A stretch of 59,503 nucleotides of DNA from a virus (IMGVR_UViG_3300025430_000001:1-59503); one strand, 5' to 3'. Positions 1 through 7,887 are shown, counted from the stretch's first letter. The notes: generated by a model not told the origin, from the sequence alone. A program made the numbers and translations.

Positions 1-127
1 CATCTTGTCGATAGAGCCGGGGTCTTCGAGCTGGACGCCGAAATCCCTCCCTGCATACATCCTTCTTAGCTCTCTGGCAACTGGCATACCCACAGACTTG
101 TTTTCGATGAGAAGCTTGGACACCTTC
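1..127. repeat. Terminal direct repeat (127 bp), identical to 59377-59503; assembly overlap of a circular or circularly permuted genome
   Basis: CATCTTGTCGATAGAGCC...GGACACCTTC occurs at both ends. The length matches a common assembler k-mer and the repeat lies inside an open reading frame. Confidence 0.95.
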
Positions 128-1371
128 CACTTCTGGCAGCTTTCGCTGACCTTGGCTATCAGGTCGGGCATTTCGAGGTGTTCCTGCCAAGCATGGATCA
201 GCATGATCCGAGGCGGGACTTCCTTCTCGTCGTATGTACGTACAATGTGGTAGCCGTTCTTGCCCAGCATGCGGGTGGCATGGGTCTTGGGGTCATCCGT
301 CCAGATGCCCCAGACGGTCATGGCCGATGGATCGTTCTCGGTCTTCTGGGTGTAGGCGGTGTCCAGCGATCCGATGATGTAATCGAACGGCGGGAATTTG
401 GGGTCGTCCCACAACTGCCAGTGCTTGCGCTTGATGATACCGCCATCCTCCGGTGTCGGCTGCTGCTGGAACTGGCCGGACGCGGCGTAGGTGCCCATGA
501 TCTTCTTGTCGCGTTCCACCACGAACTTGGGGAACCGGTTCGGAAACATCAGCTCCCCTTTGACGGTGCGGGGGTCTTGCCATCCCAACATCGTGGGTGC
601 CGCACGGTCGGGGTCGTACTCCATCGGGATCATGATGTGGTCATAGCCCATCTGCTTCTCGATGATGATGCCGGACACGTCTTCTTCGTGCAGGCGCTGC
701 ATGATCACCACGATGGCCGACTTGTCGGGGTTGTTAAGTCGGGTGGGGATGGCGCGTTCGAAGGTCTCGGTGACCGTCTGGCGCTCGGCCTCGGAGTTGG
801 CGCTGTTGACTGAATGCGGGTCATCGATGATGACGCGGTCGCCGCGCGATCCGGTGATCGAGGTCATGGCGATGGCCTGCCGGAACCCGCTGGCCGTGGT
901 TTCGAACTTGGTCTTGGCGTTCTGGTCGCCGGTCAGCGTGACGCGGTCGCCCCAGCGTTCCTGATACCATTCGGACTGGATCAGGCGGCGCATCTTGGTG
1001 CTGTCACGGATGGCGAGGTCCACATTATGGGAGGCGCAGACATAGCGCAGGTAGGGCATGTCACGCGGCCCCCATTCCCACGAGGGCCACAGCACGTTGC
1101 AAAGCAGGGACTTCATCGCGCCCGGCGGGACGTTGATCAGTAAACGGGCGTAATATCGCTCATCGTCGATCATCATCTCGTTGGTGATGGCGGTCAGGTG
1201 ATCTGCAATGGCGTCGATGTGCCAGTTGTGCTTGTACTCTTGGCCGGGCTCGATGACGTGCCAAGCCTGCTTGATGTACTCGACGAACGAGAGTTCGCAC
1301 ATGCGCTTCTCGACCGCGAACCGCGAGGCGTCAAGGTTAATCTTCTGGCCGTCGAGCATCATGAAGGTCAC
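1..1371 (-). CDS. terL: Terminase large subunit, N-terminal part (continues across the junction into 59376..59119; about 542 aa total)
   Basis: Manually translated because it is absent from the ORF track. GTG start overlaps the upstream TGA. Sequence includes WHVIEPGQEYKHNWHIDAI and RLLINVPPGAMKS (Walker A), followed by RGDRVIIDDPH (Walker B). The frame is continuous with ORF 59119..59499. Confidence 0.93.
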   Translation of the reverse strand, partial: MTFMMLDGQKINLDASRFAVEKRMCELSFVEYIKQAWHVIEPGQEYKHNWHIDAIADHLTAITNEMMIDDERYYARLLINVPPGAMKSLLCNVLWPSWEWGPRDMPYLRYVCASHNVDLAIRDSTKMRRLIQSEWYQERWGDRVTLTGDQNAKTKFETTASGFRQAIAMTSITGSRGDRVIIDDPHSVNSANSEAERQTVTETFERAIPTRLNNPDKSAIVVIMQRLHEEDVSGIIIEKQMGYDHIMIPMEYDPDRAAPTMLGWQDPRTVKGELMFPNRFPKFVVERDKKIMGTYAASGQFQQQPTPEDGGIIKRKHWQLWDDPKFPPFDYIIGSLDTAYTQKTENDPSAMTVWGIWTDDPKTHATRMLGKNGYHIVRTYDEKEVPPRIMLIHAWQEHLEMPDLIAKVSESCQKWKVSKLLIENKSVGMPVARELRRMYAGRDFGVQLEDPGSIDKM

Positions 1372-1628
1372 CCGATCAATACCTCCGCACGGTTCATGAA
1401 CTCGACAAGCAGTTCGCGAAGTTCCTCTTCCTTTCGCGAAACGTCTTGAGCCCAGATCGCGTTTTCGCCCTCGACATGCTCCCATGCAGCATCGGCCACG
1501 GCAGACCAAATTCGTTTGTAAATAAGATCTCGCTCATCCCATTCAAGCAATGTAAAATCTCTCTCTCGTAATACCTGCGCCCGATAGGCCTCGTACAGTT
1601 TCTGGCTCAGTTCCTCGTGCGTAATCAT
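1368..1628 (-). CDS. Hypothetical protein (W-x2-VA paralog 1)
   Basis: 86-aa ORF, translationally coupled to its neighbours. Confidence 0.75.
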   Translation of the reverse strand: MITHEELSQKLYEAYRAQVLRERDFTLLEWDERDLIYKRIWSAVADAAWEHVEGENAIWAQDVSRKEEELRELLVEFMNRAEVLIG

Positions 1629-1897
1629 CAGTAGCGATCCACTTCGATGTCAACGCCGAGCTGGTCGGCGCATTGCTGCATGATGGCCCACAGCCGGTCA
1701 CGGAGCGTGGTGTTGATGTCTTCCATCATTCCGATCTCGGTACGGTCAATGGCCATGAAATCGGCGACGGCTTCCCAGCCCCGCCTTTGCGCTCGTGTGA
1801 GAAGATGGTACGGGATCGCTGGGCTTTGGTGCTGGTTGAACACCGAATACAGCGTGATCGCACGGTCGATGGTTTGAGCGGTCAAGAGGCTGATCAT
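1628..1897 (-). CDS. Hypothetical protein (W-x2-VA paralog 2)
   Basis: 89-aa ORF with stop/start overlaps at both ends. Confidence 0.75.
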   Translation of the reverse strand: MISLLTAQTIDRAITLYSVFNQHQSPAIPYHLLTRAQRRGWEAVADFMAIDRTEIGMMEDINTTLRDRLWAIMQQCADQLGVDIEVDRY

Positions 1898-2193
1898 GAT
1901 TTTCCATCCTCTAAGTGCTTTAGGATCCGCTTTAGCATCTCGTGATCCTGCTTCGAGCGCCGGTCGTTGTCTTTGCCTTCAAGCCGCTGGCCCACCATGA
2001 TCAAGGGTAATGCCACGAGCTGAATAACTCCCCCGCTGACATAGAAGACGATCTGCTCCCAGCCCTTGTCGAGCGTCGGCAACAGCGACCAGACGGTGAA
2101 CGCATAGACGCAAGCCATCGACGACATGGCTGTGACAGTATGTCGCGCCAGCCACTCGTTAAATGCGTTGATATACGAGATCGTCTTCCTCAT
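1894..2193 (-). CDS. Small membrane protein (DUF1003-like)
   Basis: ATG at 2193. Two hydrophobic segments ending in IQLVALPLIMVGQ, then a charged tail. Confidence 0.7.
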   Translation of the reverse strand: MRKTISYINAFNEWLARHTVTAMSSMACVYAFTVWSLLPTLDKGWEQIVFYVSGGVIQLVALPLIMVGQRLEGKDNDRRSKQDHEMLKRILKHLEDGKS

Positions 2194-2795
2194 GGCTTGT
2201 AGTCCTTGCCGACAGCGCCGCCGACATTGTCCTTGGTCCACTTGTACCGTTCGCTGAATGATTGGGCTACTTTGTCTGCCATTTCCCAGCCGTCGCTATA
2301 GCTTGGCTCATCCTTCCACATTGCTGCCTGCACAACGGCGCGGCGCTTCTCCTCGGCAACACGATACTCGGCGTCACGCCTGTCCTGCTTGACCTTCTGA
2401 TCAGCCTTCCAGTCCTCAGTCTGCATGTCGGGGTTAAGCACGATCATGACTTCGATCAGGTCCATGACGATGGCCGCATCGTGTGCAATCGCGCTGTCAG
2501 GATCGTGCTTGCGAAGCTCCACAACCAGCGTCTCGATCTGCTGCTGGCAGGTTGCGAGGCTCTTGATCGCGTCGTTGTAATGCTTGCGCTTGACCATCGT
2601 GGCCATCTCGGTCTTCAGACGGTCAATTTCAACCTTCCAAACATCGGCCAAATGATCGGCCAACTTGGCTTCAGCTAAGGCGACTTCCCACCAAGCGCGT
2701 TTTGTCGCATCGGCTAGGTTGTCCCAGCCAATTTGCACATCTGGATGGGCTTTCTTCAAATAAATCTCAAATAGTTCTTCTGCGCGTTTATACAT
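2190..2795 (-). CDS. Hypothetical coiled-coil protein (W-x2-VA paralog 3 at N-terminus)
   Basis: 201-aa ORF with AAGGAG RBS upstream. Confidence 0.8.
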   Translation of the reverse strand: MYKRAEELFEIYLKKAHPDVQIGWDNLADATKRAWWEVALAEAKLADHLADVWKVEIDRLKTEMATMVKRKHYNDAIKSLATCQQQIETLVVELRKHDPDSAIAHDAAIVMDLIEVMIVLNPDMQTEDWKADQKVKQDRRDAEYRVAEEKRRAVVQAAMWKDEPSYSDGWEMADKVAQSFSERYKWTKDNVGGAVGKDYKP

Positions 2796-2943
2796 CGTTA
2801 TTCTCCTTTTCTATCCACTTTTCAATCCTGATTGGCCCGAAGCGCCAATATTGAATATCCTGCCAACAATCAGAGTATGCGTTCTTCCGCCACCATGTGC
2901 GCCAGCCGAAGCCGACCCACTTAATCTTCCATTTCGTCTTCAT
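2788..2943 (-). CDS. Small Trp-rich hypothetical protein (51 aa)
   Basis: Manual translation MKTKWKIKWVGFGWRTWWRKNAYSDCWQDIQYWRFGPIRIEKWIEKENNDV. It fills the gap between terS and the next gene and overlaps both. Confidence 0.5.
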   Translation of the reverse strand: MKTKWKIKWVGFGWRTWWRKNAYSDCWQDIQYWRFGPIRIEKWIEKENNDV

Positions 2944-3400
2944 CTGGCCCCTCGATTGCTGCTACCAGAGCTTCCCGCACCGCCAGAAGCTGATCCATGT
3001 CCAAAGCCTCCGCCTCGATCACGCGGCCTTCGACCACCTTGATGTTGGCGTTGACGTCGATCTTCTCGCCATACCGGAACCGGGCCAAGCGAATCGCCTG
3101 CCACCGGCGCTCGTTCACCAGTTCCTTGCGGATATCCCATGCAACGTCTTTCCACTCGCCAATGCCGCGCAGGATTGCCTCGTTTTCCTCAACGCGCGGC
3201 TCGATGCTTAATTCACGCGCACGGGCGTATTCTGACATAAAATAGGGGTCGCGATGCAATTCTCGGTTCATTGTGCGGTAATCAAGCCCCACTTCCGCAT
3301 CCGCGCAGATATCAGTCGCCGAACGCCCAATCGCGATCTGCTCACAGACATAAGCCTTCATGCCGTCGTTCATCAGCCGTGGTGGTCCGCGTTTCGCCAT
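2921..3400 (-). CDS. terS: Terminase small subunit (Sf6/P22-type HTH)
   Basis: VCEQIAIGRSATDIC...FMSEYARARE...RRWQAIRLARFRYGEK pattern, located upstream of terL, with AGGAG RBS. Confidence 0.85.
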   Translation of the reverse strand: MAKRGPPRLMNDGMKAYVCEQIAIGRSATDICADAEVGLDYRTMNRELHRDPYFMSEYARARELSIEPRVEENEAILRGIGEWKDVAWDIRKELVNERRWQAIRLARFRYGEKIDVNANIKVVEGRVIEAEALDMDQLLAVREALVAAIEGPDEDEMED

Positions 3401-3457
3401 TTATATCTCCTGTTCTGACAGGTTATACACACATCGCACCTACGTGACAAGTATGAG

Positions 3458-3500
3458 TTGACTTGTATATTATTATTAATTAATGCATTTATTGTATTGC
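3458..3500. promoter_or_regulatory. AT-rich divergent promoter region between terS and the small + strand gene
   Basis: TTGACT followed by AT-rich -10-like sequence on +. TTGCAA followed by TAATAAT on -. Confidence 0.5.
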
Positions 3501-3517
3501 AATAAAGGAGACATGCA

Positions 3518-3697
3518 ATGGAAATCAACTTTGAACGTGCGTATCGACCATTCAAGGACATGAAGGTCGGTCAGATCATTTCGATTGGCCTCGACTACAA
3601 GCTCAGGGCATACGCTCATGTCTATGGCCACCAATCTGGTAGGAAGTTTCAAACCAAAACCGTGGGAGACAAGATTTACATCAAACGAACCCATTGA
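3518..3697 (+). CDS. Small putative DNA-binding protein (59 aa)
   Basis: Manual translation MEINFERAYRPFKDMKVGQIISIGLDYKLRAYAHVYGHQSGRKFQTKTVGDKIYIKRTH. AAAGGAG RBS upstream and a terminator directly downstream. Confidence 0.7.
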   Translation: MEINFERAYRPFKDMKVGQIISIGLDYKLRAYAHVYGHQSGRKFQTKTVGDKIYIKRTH

Positions 3698-3707
3698 AAA
3701 CAAACAA

Positions 3708-3738
3708 TAAAAACCCGCTAGTAATGGCGGGTTTTTTT
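3708..3738 (+). terminator. Rho-independent terminator
   Basis: AAAACCCGCTA-GTAA-TGGCGGG followed by a T-run. Confidence 0.8.
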
Positions 3739-3795
3739 ATGCCTAGTTTAGATATGCAATGACTATCCTTAAACCATTTTATCAACCGATTGTCG

Positions 3796-4030
3796 TAAGT
3801 CCTTGATTTTGCTCTTCTTCTTATTAATTAATTATTACTTATTATTATTATTTATAATTATTATTATAACTCTCTCTTATATCTCAGAGGGTGCTATAGT
3901 GTATCTTTATATCTCTAATTTATTTTGAGAGTGTCTATAGGGTGTATCCAATAACAGTATATCAGGAAGTGGCCATAAGTGACATTTCCAACAAGTAACT
4001 TGCATTTTTATAAGCAAATTCAATAACTTA
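3796..4030. other. AT-rich non-coding region flanked by 18-bp imperfect inverted repeats; candidate origin or packaging-initiation region
   Basis: TAAGTCCTTGATTTTGCT (3796-3813) and AGCAAATTCAATAACTTA (4013-4030) match at 15/18 as an inverted pair. The internal tract at about 3821-3870 is (TTA)n-rich. Confidence 0.5.
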
Positions 4031-4188
4031 GTTTTCATAGGTTTAAATAAATCCGTATAAGTTAAGACGTATCTATAAATCGTCACACGCCTATGGCATA
4101 TTTGGTCAGCTAACGGAGAAACCCCATGCTTACCTTCAGATTCAACTACCTTCTTACCCCAGCAGCCCCCATTAAGGAGACTAAACCC

Positions 4189-4467
4189 ATGACTTGGAAC
4201 TACCGCGTTATCATGATCCCAGCCGGAGAAGATGTCCTGTTCTCGTCCGACGTTTTCGTCATCCGTGAAGTCTTCTACGACAGCGAAGGCGACATCGAGT
4301 TCTGGTCAGAGGAAGACGCCAGCGCCATTGGCGACAGCTTCGAAGAGCTCTGCGAGGACTACGACAACATGACCGAGGCCTTCAACAAGCCTATTCTGGT
4401 GCTTGTAAAGGGCGAGGACGGCGAAGACGAGCTTGTCGAGCTTGACGATAGCGAAGACGAGGAATAA
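4189..4467 (+). CDS. Acidic hypothetical protein (MTWNYRV type)
   Basis: TAAGGAG RBS before ATG 4189; very Asp/Glu-rich. Confidence 0.75.
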   Translation: MTWNYRVIMIPAGEDVLFSSDVFVIREVFYDSEGDIEFWSEEDASAIGDSFEELCEDYDNMTEAFNKPILVLVKGEDGEDELVELDDSEDEE

Positions 4468-4520
4468 GAACTCCCCGGCATGTTCCTGCAGACGCACACT
4501 GCTGGTGGGCATGAGTTTTT

Positions 4521-4597
<77 letters not shown>

Positions 4598-4604
4598 TCT
4601 ATTC

Positions 4605-4692
4605 GAAGAGGCTGCTCAGACGGCGGATGGGCACCGGACTGTAAATCCGGCACATAGAAACGGAGTTGGTTCGAATCCAACCCTCTTCACCA
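4605..4692 (+). tRNA. tRNA-Tyr(GTA)
   Basis: Acceptor stem GAAGAGG/CCTCTTC, anticodon arm CCGGA-CT-GTA-AA-TCCGG, long variable region, TTCGAAT T-loop, encoded CCA. Confidence 0.9.
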
Positions 4693-4698
4693 TCTATT

Positions 4699-4766
4699 CG
4701 GGGCATCGTCTAAGCAAGTTCCTGCACCTACTGGCAGGCGATGTGGGTTCAACCCCACTGCTCCGA
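4699..4766 (+). ncRNA. Atypical or degenerate tRNA-like element (8-nt loop containing CTA)
   Basis: Acceptor stem CGGGGCA/TGCTCCG, arm CCTGC-ACCTACTG-GCAGG, T-arm GTGGG-TTCAAC-CCCAC. The D-arm is weak and there is no CCA. It follows the same TCTATT(C) spacer as tRNA-Tyr. Confidence 0.5.
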
Positions 4767-5132
4767 TACAAAGATGAGGGCCGCAACTTGTAAGGATTGT
4801 TTACAAGTTTGCCCTCGGACTAGTTGGCCCTGCTGCCTTGTGTTCGCGGCTTGGTCGAGCGGCTGATACGTCCGTTTGTTAGGACACAATGCTGCCATGC
4901 TGCACGGGGGGCATGGCTTAAGACAATGGATGCGCATGAGTGTGTGCTAGCCATAGCCCCTGCCCCATAAAGCTAAGGGGGCCGTCGTTAAACGGCCCCC
5001 TAGACAGTTTGGTCGGTTTCACCAGTTACATAACAACACCCATTCCCAGTTCTGGAACCGACCCTTGTAGCGCCTTCAACGCTTGCCCGTTACTGTCGCG
5101 GCTGCAGGGAACACCACCGGGGTGGGTATCTC

Positions 5133-5393
5133 TTAAAGAACGTGCCCCGCATTCATTGCCCCACCAAGGGCATAAAGCGCATCCATCCTGACGCGGTTGC
5201 CTTCCTTGAGCCTGCCGTCGTAGCAGAAGGCGAACTGGCGTCCGCGCTCGTACTGCCACACCGTTTTGTAATCAAAGCCGTCAGCGGCCAGTGGTAAGCC
5301 TTTCTTGGCCTCCTCATAGCCTTTGCGGAACGCGGCATTAGTAATGATGCTGCGGAGGGTGACAGTACGTGTTTTTGCGTTTGCCATGATCAA
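5133..5393 (-). CDS. Hypothetical protein
   Basis: 86-aa ORF coupled to the upstream gene. Confidence 0.7.
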   Translation of the reverse strand: MIMANAKTRTVTLRSIITNAAFRKGYEEAKKGLPLAADGFDYKTVWQYERGRQFAFCYDGRLKEGNRVRMDALYALGGAMNAGHVL

Positions 5394-5671
5394 TACCCCA
5401 TCTCAATTGCGAATGCGTCATATTCGGCTTCTACCTGTTCCAACTTGGCCTGCAATTCGCGGCGCTCATTGACCATGTTGTCAAGAACGCGCCGGGTCAC
5501 CTTCAGCTCGGTATAGACCCGCTGTGCGCCGTCGATCCAGCCTGCGGCCCAGCAATCATGCAGCCAGTCGCCCCAGCGGTAAGGGTTGCTTTCATACAGT
5601 TCGCCGGTACGGGCGGCATAGGATCCTTCGGCGTAGCAAGTCTTTTTATCTTCGGTCATGATCAACCCCAA
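5390..5671 (-). CDS. Hypothetical protein (NPY...W-x2-GW motif, Rmf/CrpP-like, plus coiled coil)
   Basis: YAEGSYAA...SNPYRWGDWLHDCWAAGWIDG. Confidence 0.65.
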   Translation of the reverse strand: MGLIMTEDKKTCYAEGSYAARTGELYESNPYRWGDWLHDCWAAGWIDGAQRVYTELKVTRRVLDNMVNERRELQAKLEQVEAEYDAFAIEMGY

Positions 5672-5847
5672 TCCTTGAAATCTTCTTGTTGCAGATAGCC
5701 TTCACGATATGCGGCGTATTCTGGTGTGCCTGCCTCGATAGGGATCCGTTTGGAACCCTCAAAATAATGCGGATTAAAATCCCGACGATAATAGGCGTCT
5801 GCCGATCCGCGATCATATGGTCCGCCGTGGCGCTCATCGTATTTCAT
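5662..5847 (-). CDS. Hypothetical phage protein (HGGPYDRGSADAYY)
   Basis: GGAG RBS, ATG at 5847, downstream of a promoter. Confidence 0.75.
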   Translation of the reverse strand: MKYDERHGGPYDRGSADAYYRRDFNPHYFEGSKRIPIEAGTPEYAAYREGYLQQEDFKDWG

Positions 5848-5889
5848 ATCTAAATCTCCATCTTGGGGGACACCGTGTCCCGCCTGATC

Positions 5890-5918
5890 TTTATGGCATG
5901 CCGCCAAACTCATGTCAA
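5890..5918 (-). promoter_or_regulatory. Sigma70-like promoter
   Basis: TTGACA-17 nt-CATAAA on the minus strand, followed by the palindrome GGACACGGTGTCC. Confidence 0.6.
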
Positions 5919-5941
5919 ACAAAAAAATACACGACCATGAT

Positions 5942-5974
5942 AAAAAAATAGGGCCACCCTTTCGAGCGGCCCCA
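5942..5974 (-). terminator. Rho-independent terminator ending the mini-gene operon
   Basis: GGGGCCGCTC-GAAA-GGGTGGCCCT followed by ATTTTTTT on the minus strand. Confidence 0.75.
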
Positions 5975-5977
5975 AGT

Positions 5978-6103
5978 CTAGGAGGAAGCTGACGCTACCA
6001 TGCGCTTGATGATTTTATCAAGCTTCTTGACACGCGCCAGATATCCGCGCTGCTGGGCCAGAGCCTGCGCCCGTACCAGCTCCAGTAATGTTGGCTGTCT
6101 CAT
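5978..6103 (-). CDS. Small hypothetical protein (41 aa)
   Basis: Manual translation MRQPTLLELVRAQALAQQRGYLARVKKLDKIIKRMVASASS; ATGA overlap with the upstream gene. Confidence 0.5.
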   Translation of the reverse strand: MRQPTLLELVRAQALAQQRGYLARVKKLDKIIKRMVASASS

Positions 6104-6321
6104 TTATGGGTCTCCCGTACGCGAATCATTTCATGCTTTGTCTGCAGGGCTGAATTGAGCAACATAATTTTCTCCCTCTGGCGGTCGTTCTCTTCCTGCA
6201 GGCGGTTGATCCGATCCCGTAAAAGACCCGCATCGTAACCGCTAATCTCAAAATACAAATCCTTCTTGGCGTGGTCATCAAGCTCTTTTAGCCACTTGGC
6301 TAACGTCCAGTTTTTCATCAT
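6100..6321 (-). CDS. Hypothetical coiled-coil protein
   Basis: 73-aa ORF, stop/start coupled. Confidence 0.7.
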   Translation of the reverse strand: MMKNWTLAKWLKELDDHAKKDLYFEISGYDAGLLRDRINRLQEENDRQREKIMLLNSALQTKHEMIRVRETHK

Positions 6322-6572
6322 TTATCCTCCGATAAAACAAGGTTAGCCATAGCTGCCCATGCAGCATCCGGTGCTATGCAGGCCAGCCCAAGCGCGTTAC
6401 TTGCCACCATCCTGTTCGCCGCCCTGCCTGCCTCTAGCATAGCCGGTGTTGGCTTCTCAAGGCGATTGCGCAGCCGTTCAATTTCATCGGCGGCTTCAGC
6501 AACATCTGTCGGGATGCTCATGTCAACAAATTCTAGTGAGGTAATCTTTCGTAACCGTTCAACAATATCCAT
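6318..6572 (-). CDS. MDIVERLR-family mini-protein
   Basis: MDIVERLR...EAADEIERLR...PTPAMLEAG; TGATG coupling. Confidence 0.85.
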   Translation of the reverse strand: MDIVERLRKITSLEFVDMSIPTDVAEAADEIERLRNRLEKPTPAMLEAGRAANRMVASNALGLACIAPDAAWAAMANLVLSEDK

Positions 6573-6826
6573 CACTTATCTCCCTGCACTTCAGGCTCAT
6601 AAGTCATTTCAAAAATATCGGGCTTGCATGGGTAAAACTCACCCTTGACACCTTTGATGATCCAATCACCCTCAGAAGCATACATGTCACCTTCCAGCGT
6701 TGGGATCACAAAAGAACCATTGAACTCCATAGTAGATGAGTGGCCCATGAAATCACCGATCTCATCGTAGTTACTCCCGTTCCATTGAACGGCTTCAATC
6801 ACAACGGGCTTTTTACGATACTTCAT
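6572..6826 (-). CDS. PGDYG-like phage protein
   Basis: KYRKKPVVIEAVQW...TLEGDM..SEGDWIIKGVKGEFYPCKPDIFEMTY. Confidence 0.85.
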   Translation of the reverse strand: MKYRKKPVVIEAVQWNGSNYDEIGDFMGHSSTMEFNGSFVIPTLEGDMYASEGDWIIKGVKGEFYPCKPDIFEMTYEPEVQGDK

Positions 6827-7068
6827 CACTCACCCTCCTTCAGTGCCTTTTCAGCAAGACCAACCGCCATCGCCAGAACGGTCCATGTAACGCCTTCGTT
6901 AGAAGTTTGAGGCACTGGGATGTCTTCATGTTCAATGTCTGCGATCTGCTGCAATACACCGCGTAACCGTTCAATCGTATTGGCGGCTTCATCAAAGATG
7001 TCATTGTTGCCCCAACCAACAGATAACCAAGTGGCAGCACGTTTCCGTAACCGTTCTACAATATCCAT
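6826..7068 (-). CDS. MDIVERLR-family mini-protein
   Basis: MDIVERLR...EAANTIERLR...KALKEGE. Confidence 0.85.
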   Translation of the reverse strand: MDIVERLRKRAATWLSVGWGNNDIFDEAANTIERLRGVLQQIADIEHEDIPVPQTSNEGVTWTVLAMAVGLAEKALKEGE

Positions 7069-7244
7069 CACAACACCGATTTAACCATTTTGTGCATTGC
7101 CTTTGCTAATCGCTCAACGTGATCATTTTTCCATTTTAATTCTTCCCGCAACCGCTCAATTTCATCCGCAGCTTTTTCGCACAGGTTTTCCGCCTCATGC
7201 GGGTTATAAATAGATGCACTTCGCAACCGTTCAACAATATCCAT
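7068..7244 (-). CDS. MDIVERLR-family mini-protein (58 aa, not in ORF track)
   Basis: Manual translation MDIVERLRSASIYNPHEAENLCEKAADEIERLREELKWKNDHVERLAKAMHKMVKSVL. Confidence 0.85.
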   Translation of the reverse strand: MDIVERLRSASIYNPHEAENLCEKAADEIERLREELKWKNDHVERLAKAMHKMVKSVL

Positions 7245-7555
7245 CACTCACTCCCTTTCGCTCTTTTCCATTTAGGAAGCCCAATTTCTTCTGGCGATAA
7301 CCCATAAATGTAACCTATGACATACCACTGCTTTCCGCCATCCAGCTCAGCCATTAATGTTACAAAATCATCGTAACCATGTTCCGCATACCAAGGATCA
7401 TAACTGGTGCTGAAACGATGAAATGCGTTTCCCCAGCGTTTGTCAGTCCATTGTTTAATGAACCCCACATTCATTAGGTCTTCAAGCGTTTCGAACTCCG
7501 CTTCTTTGGGGTCAATAGAGACGTAATTCGGAAGATGTTGTTTAATGATAGCCAT
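7244..7555 (-). CDS. Hypothetical protein (passenger in the mini-gene array)
   Basis: About 103 aa, TGATG-coupled on both sides, lacks the ERLR motif. Confidence 0.8.
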   Translation of the reverse strand: MAIIKQHLPNYVSIDPKEAEFETLEDLMNVGFIKQWTDKRWGNAFHRFSTSYDPWYAEHGYDDFVTLMAELDGGKQWYVIGYIYGLSPEEIGLPKWKRAKGSE

Positions 7556-7887
7556 CACTCACCTTCCTTCAGTGCGGCACGGGCCTTGTCCACTAAAACG
7601 ATATAACGCTTGATCAGTCCATATCGCACGTTTTCCACATCGCCAAAAATGCCAGAAATTTGGGCATCAGCAATTTCCTTCAACGCTTCCCGCATATTGT
7701 CATTTTCTTTGCAAACCTGTTTCCAATTTGCCTTTCCTATAATATCTTTCATAAATCGGTCAGCATCCATTTCGGTTATCTTTTTCCGCAACCGCTCAAT
7801 CTCATTGGCGGCCTCTTTAGCAATTTCCCAATCGCCCCAATAATCTTTTACAGATTCAAATTCCCGCAACCGTTCAACAATGTCCAT
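7555..7887 (-). CDS. MDIVERLR-family mini-protein
   Basis: MDIVERLR...EAANEIERLR...ARAALKEGE. Confidence 0.85.
   Translation of the reverse strand: MDIVERLREFESVKDYWGDWEIAKEAANEIERLRKKITEMDADRFMKDIIGKANWKQVCKENDNMREALKEIADAQISGIFGDVENVRYGLIKRYIVLVDKARAALKEGE

Noticed and set aside
1-127. Biological direct terminal repeat
   Set aside because: It is exactly 127 bp and lies inside terL, which is better explained as assembler k-mer overlap.
178-1449. Plus-strand ORFs listed in the track
   Set aside because: They are antisense shadows of terL, with no RBS or recognisable motifs.
3821-3870. Microsatellite or phase-variable tract
   Set aside because: The TTA-rich run is imperfect and non-coding, so it is treated as part of the AT-rich region.
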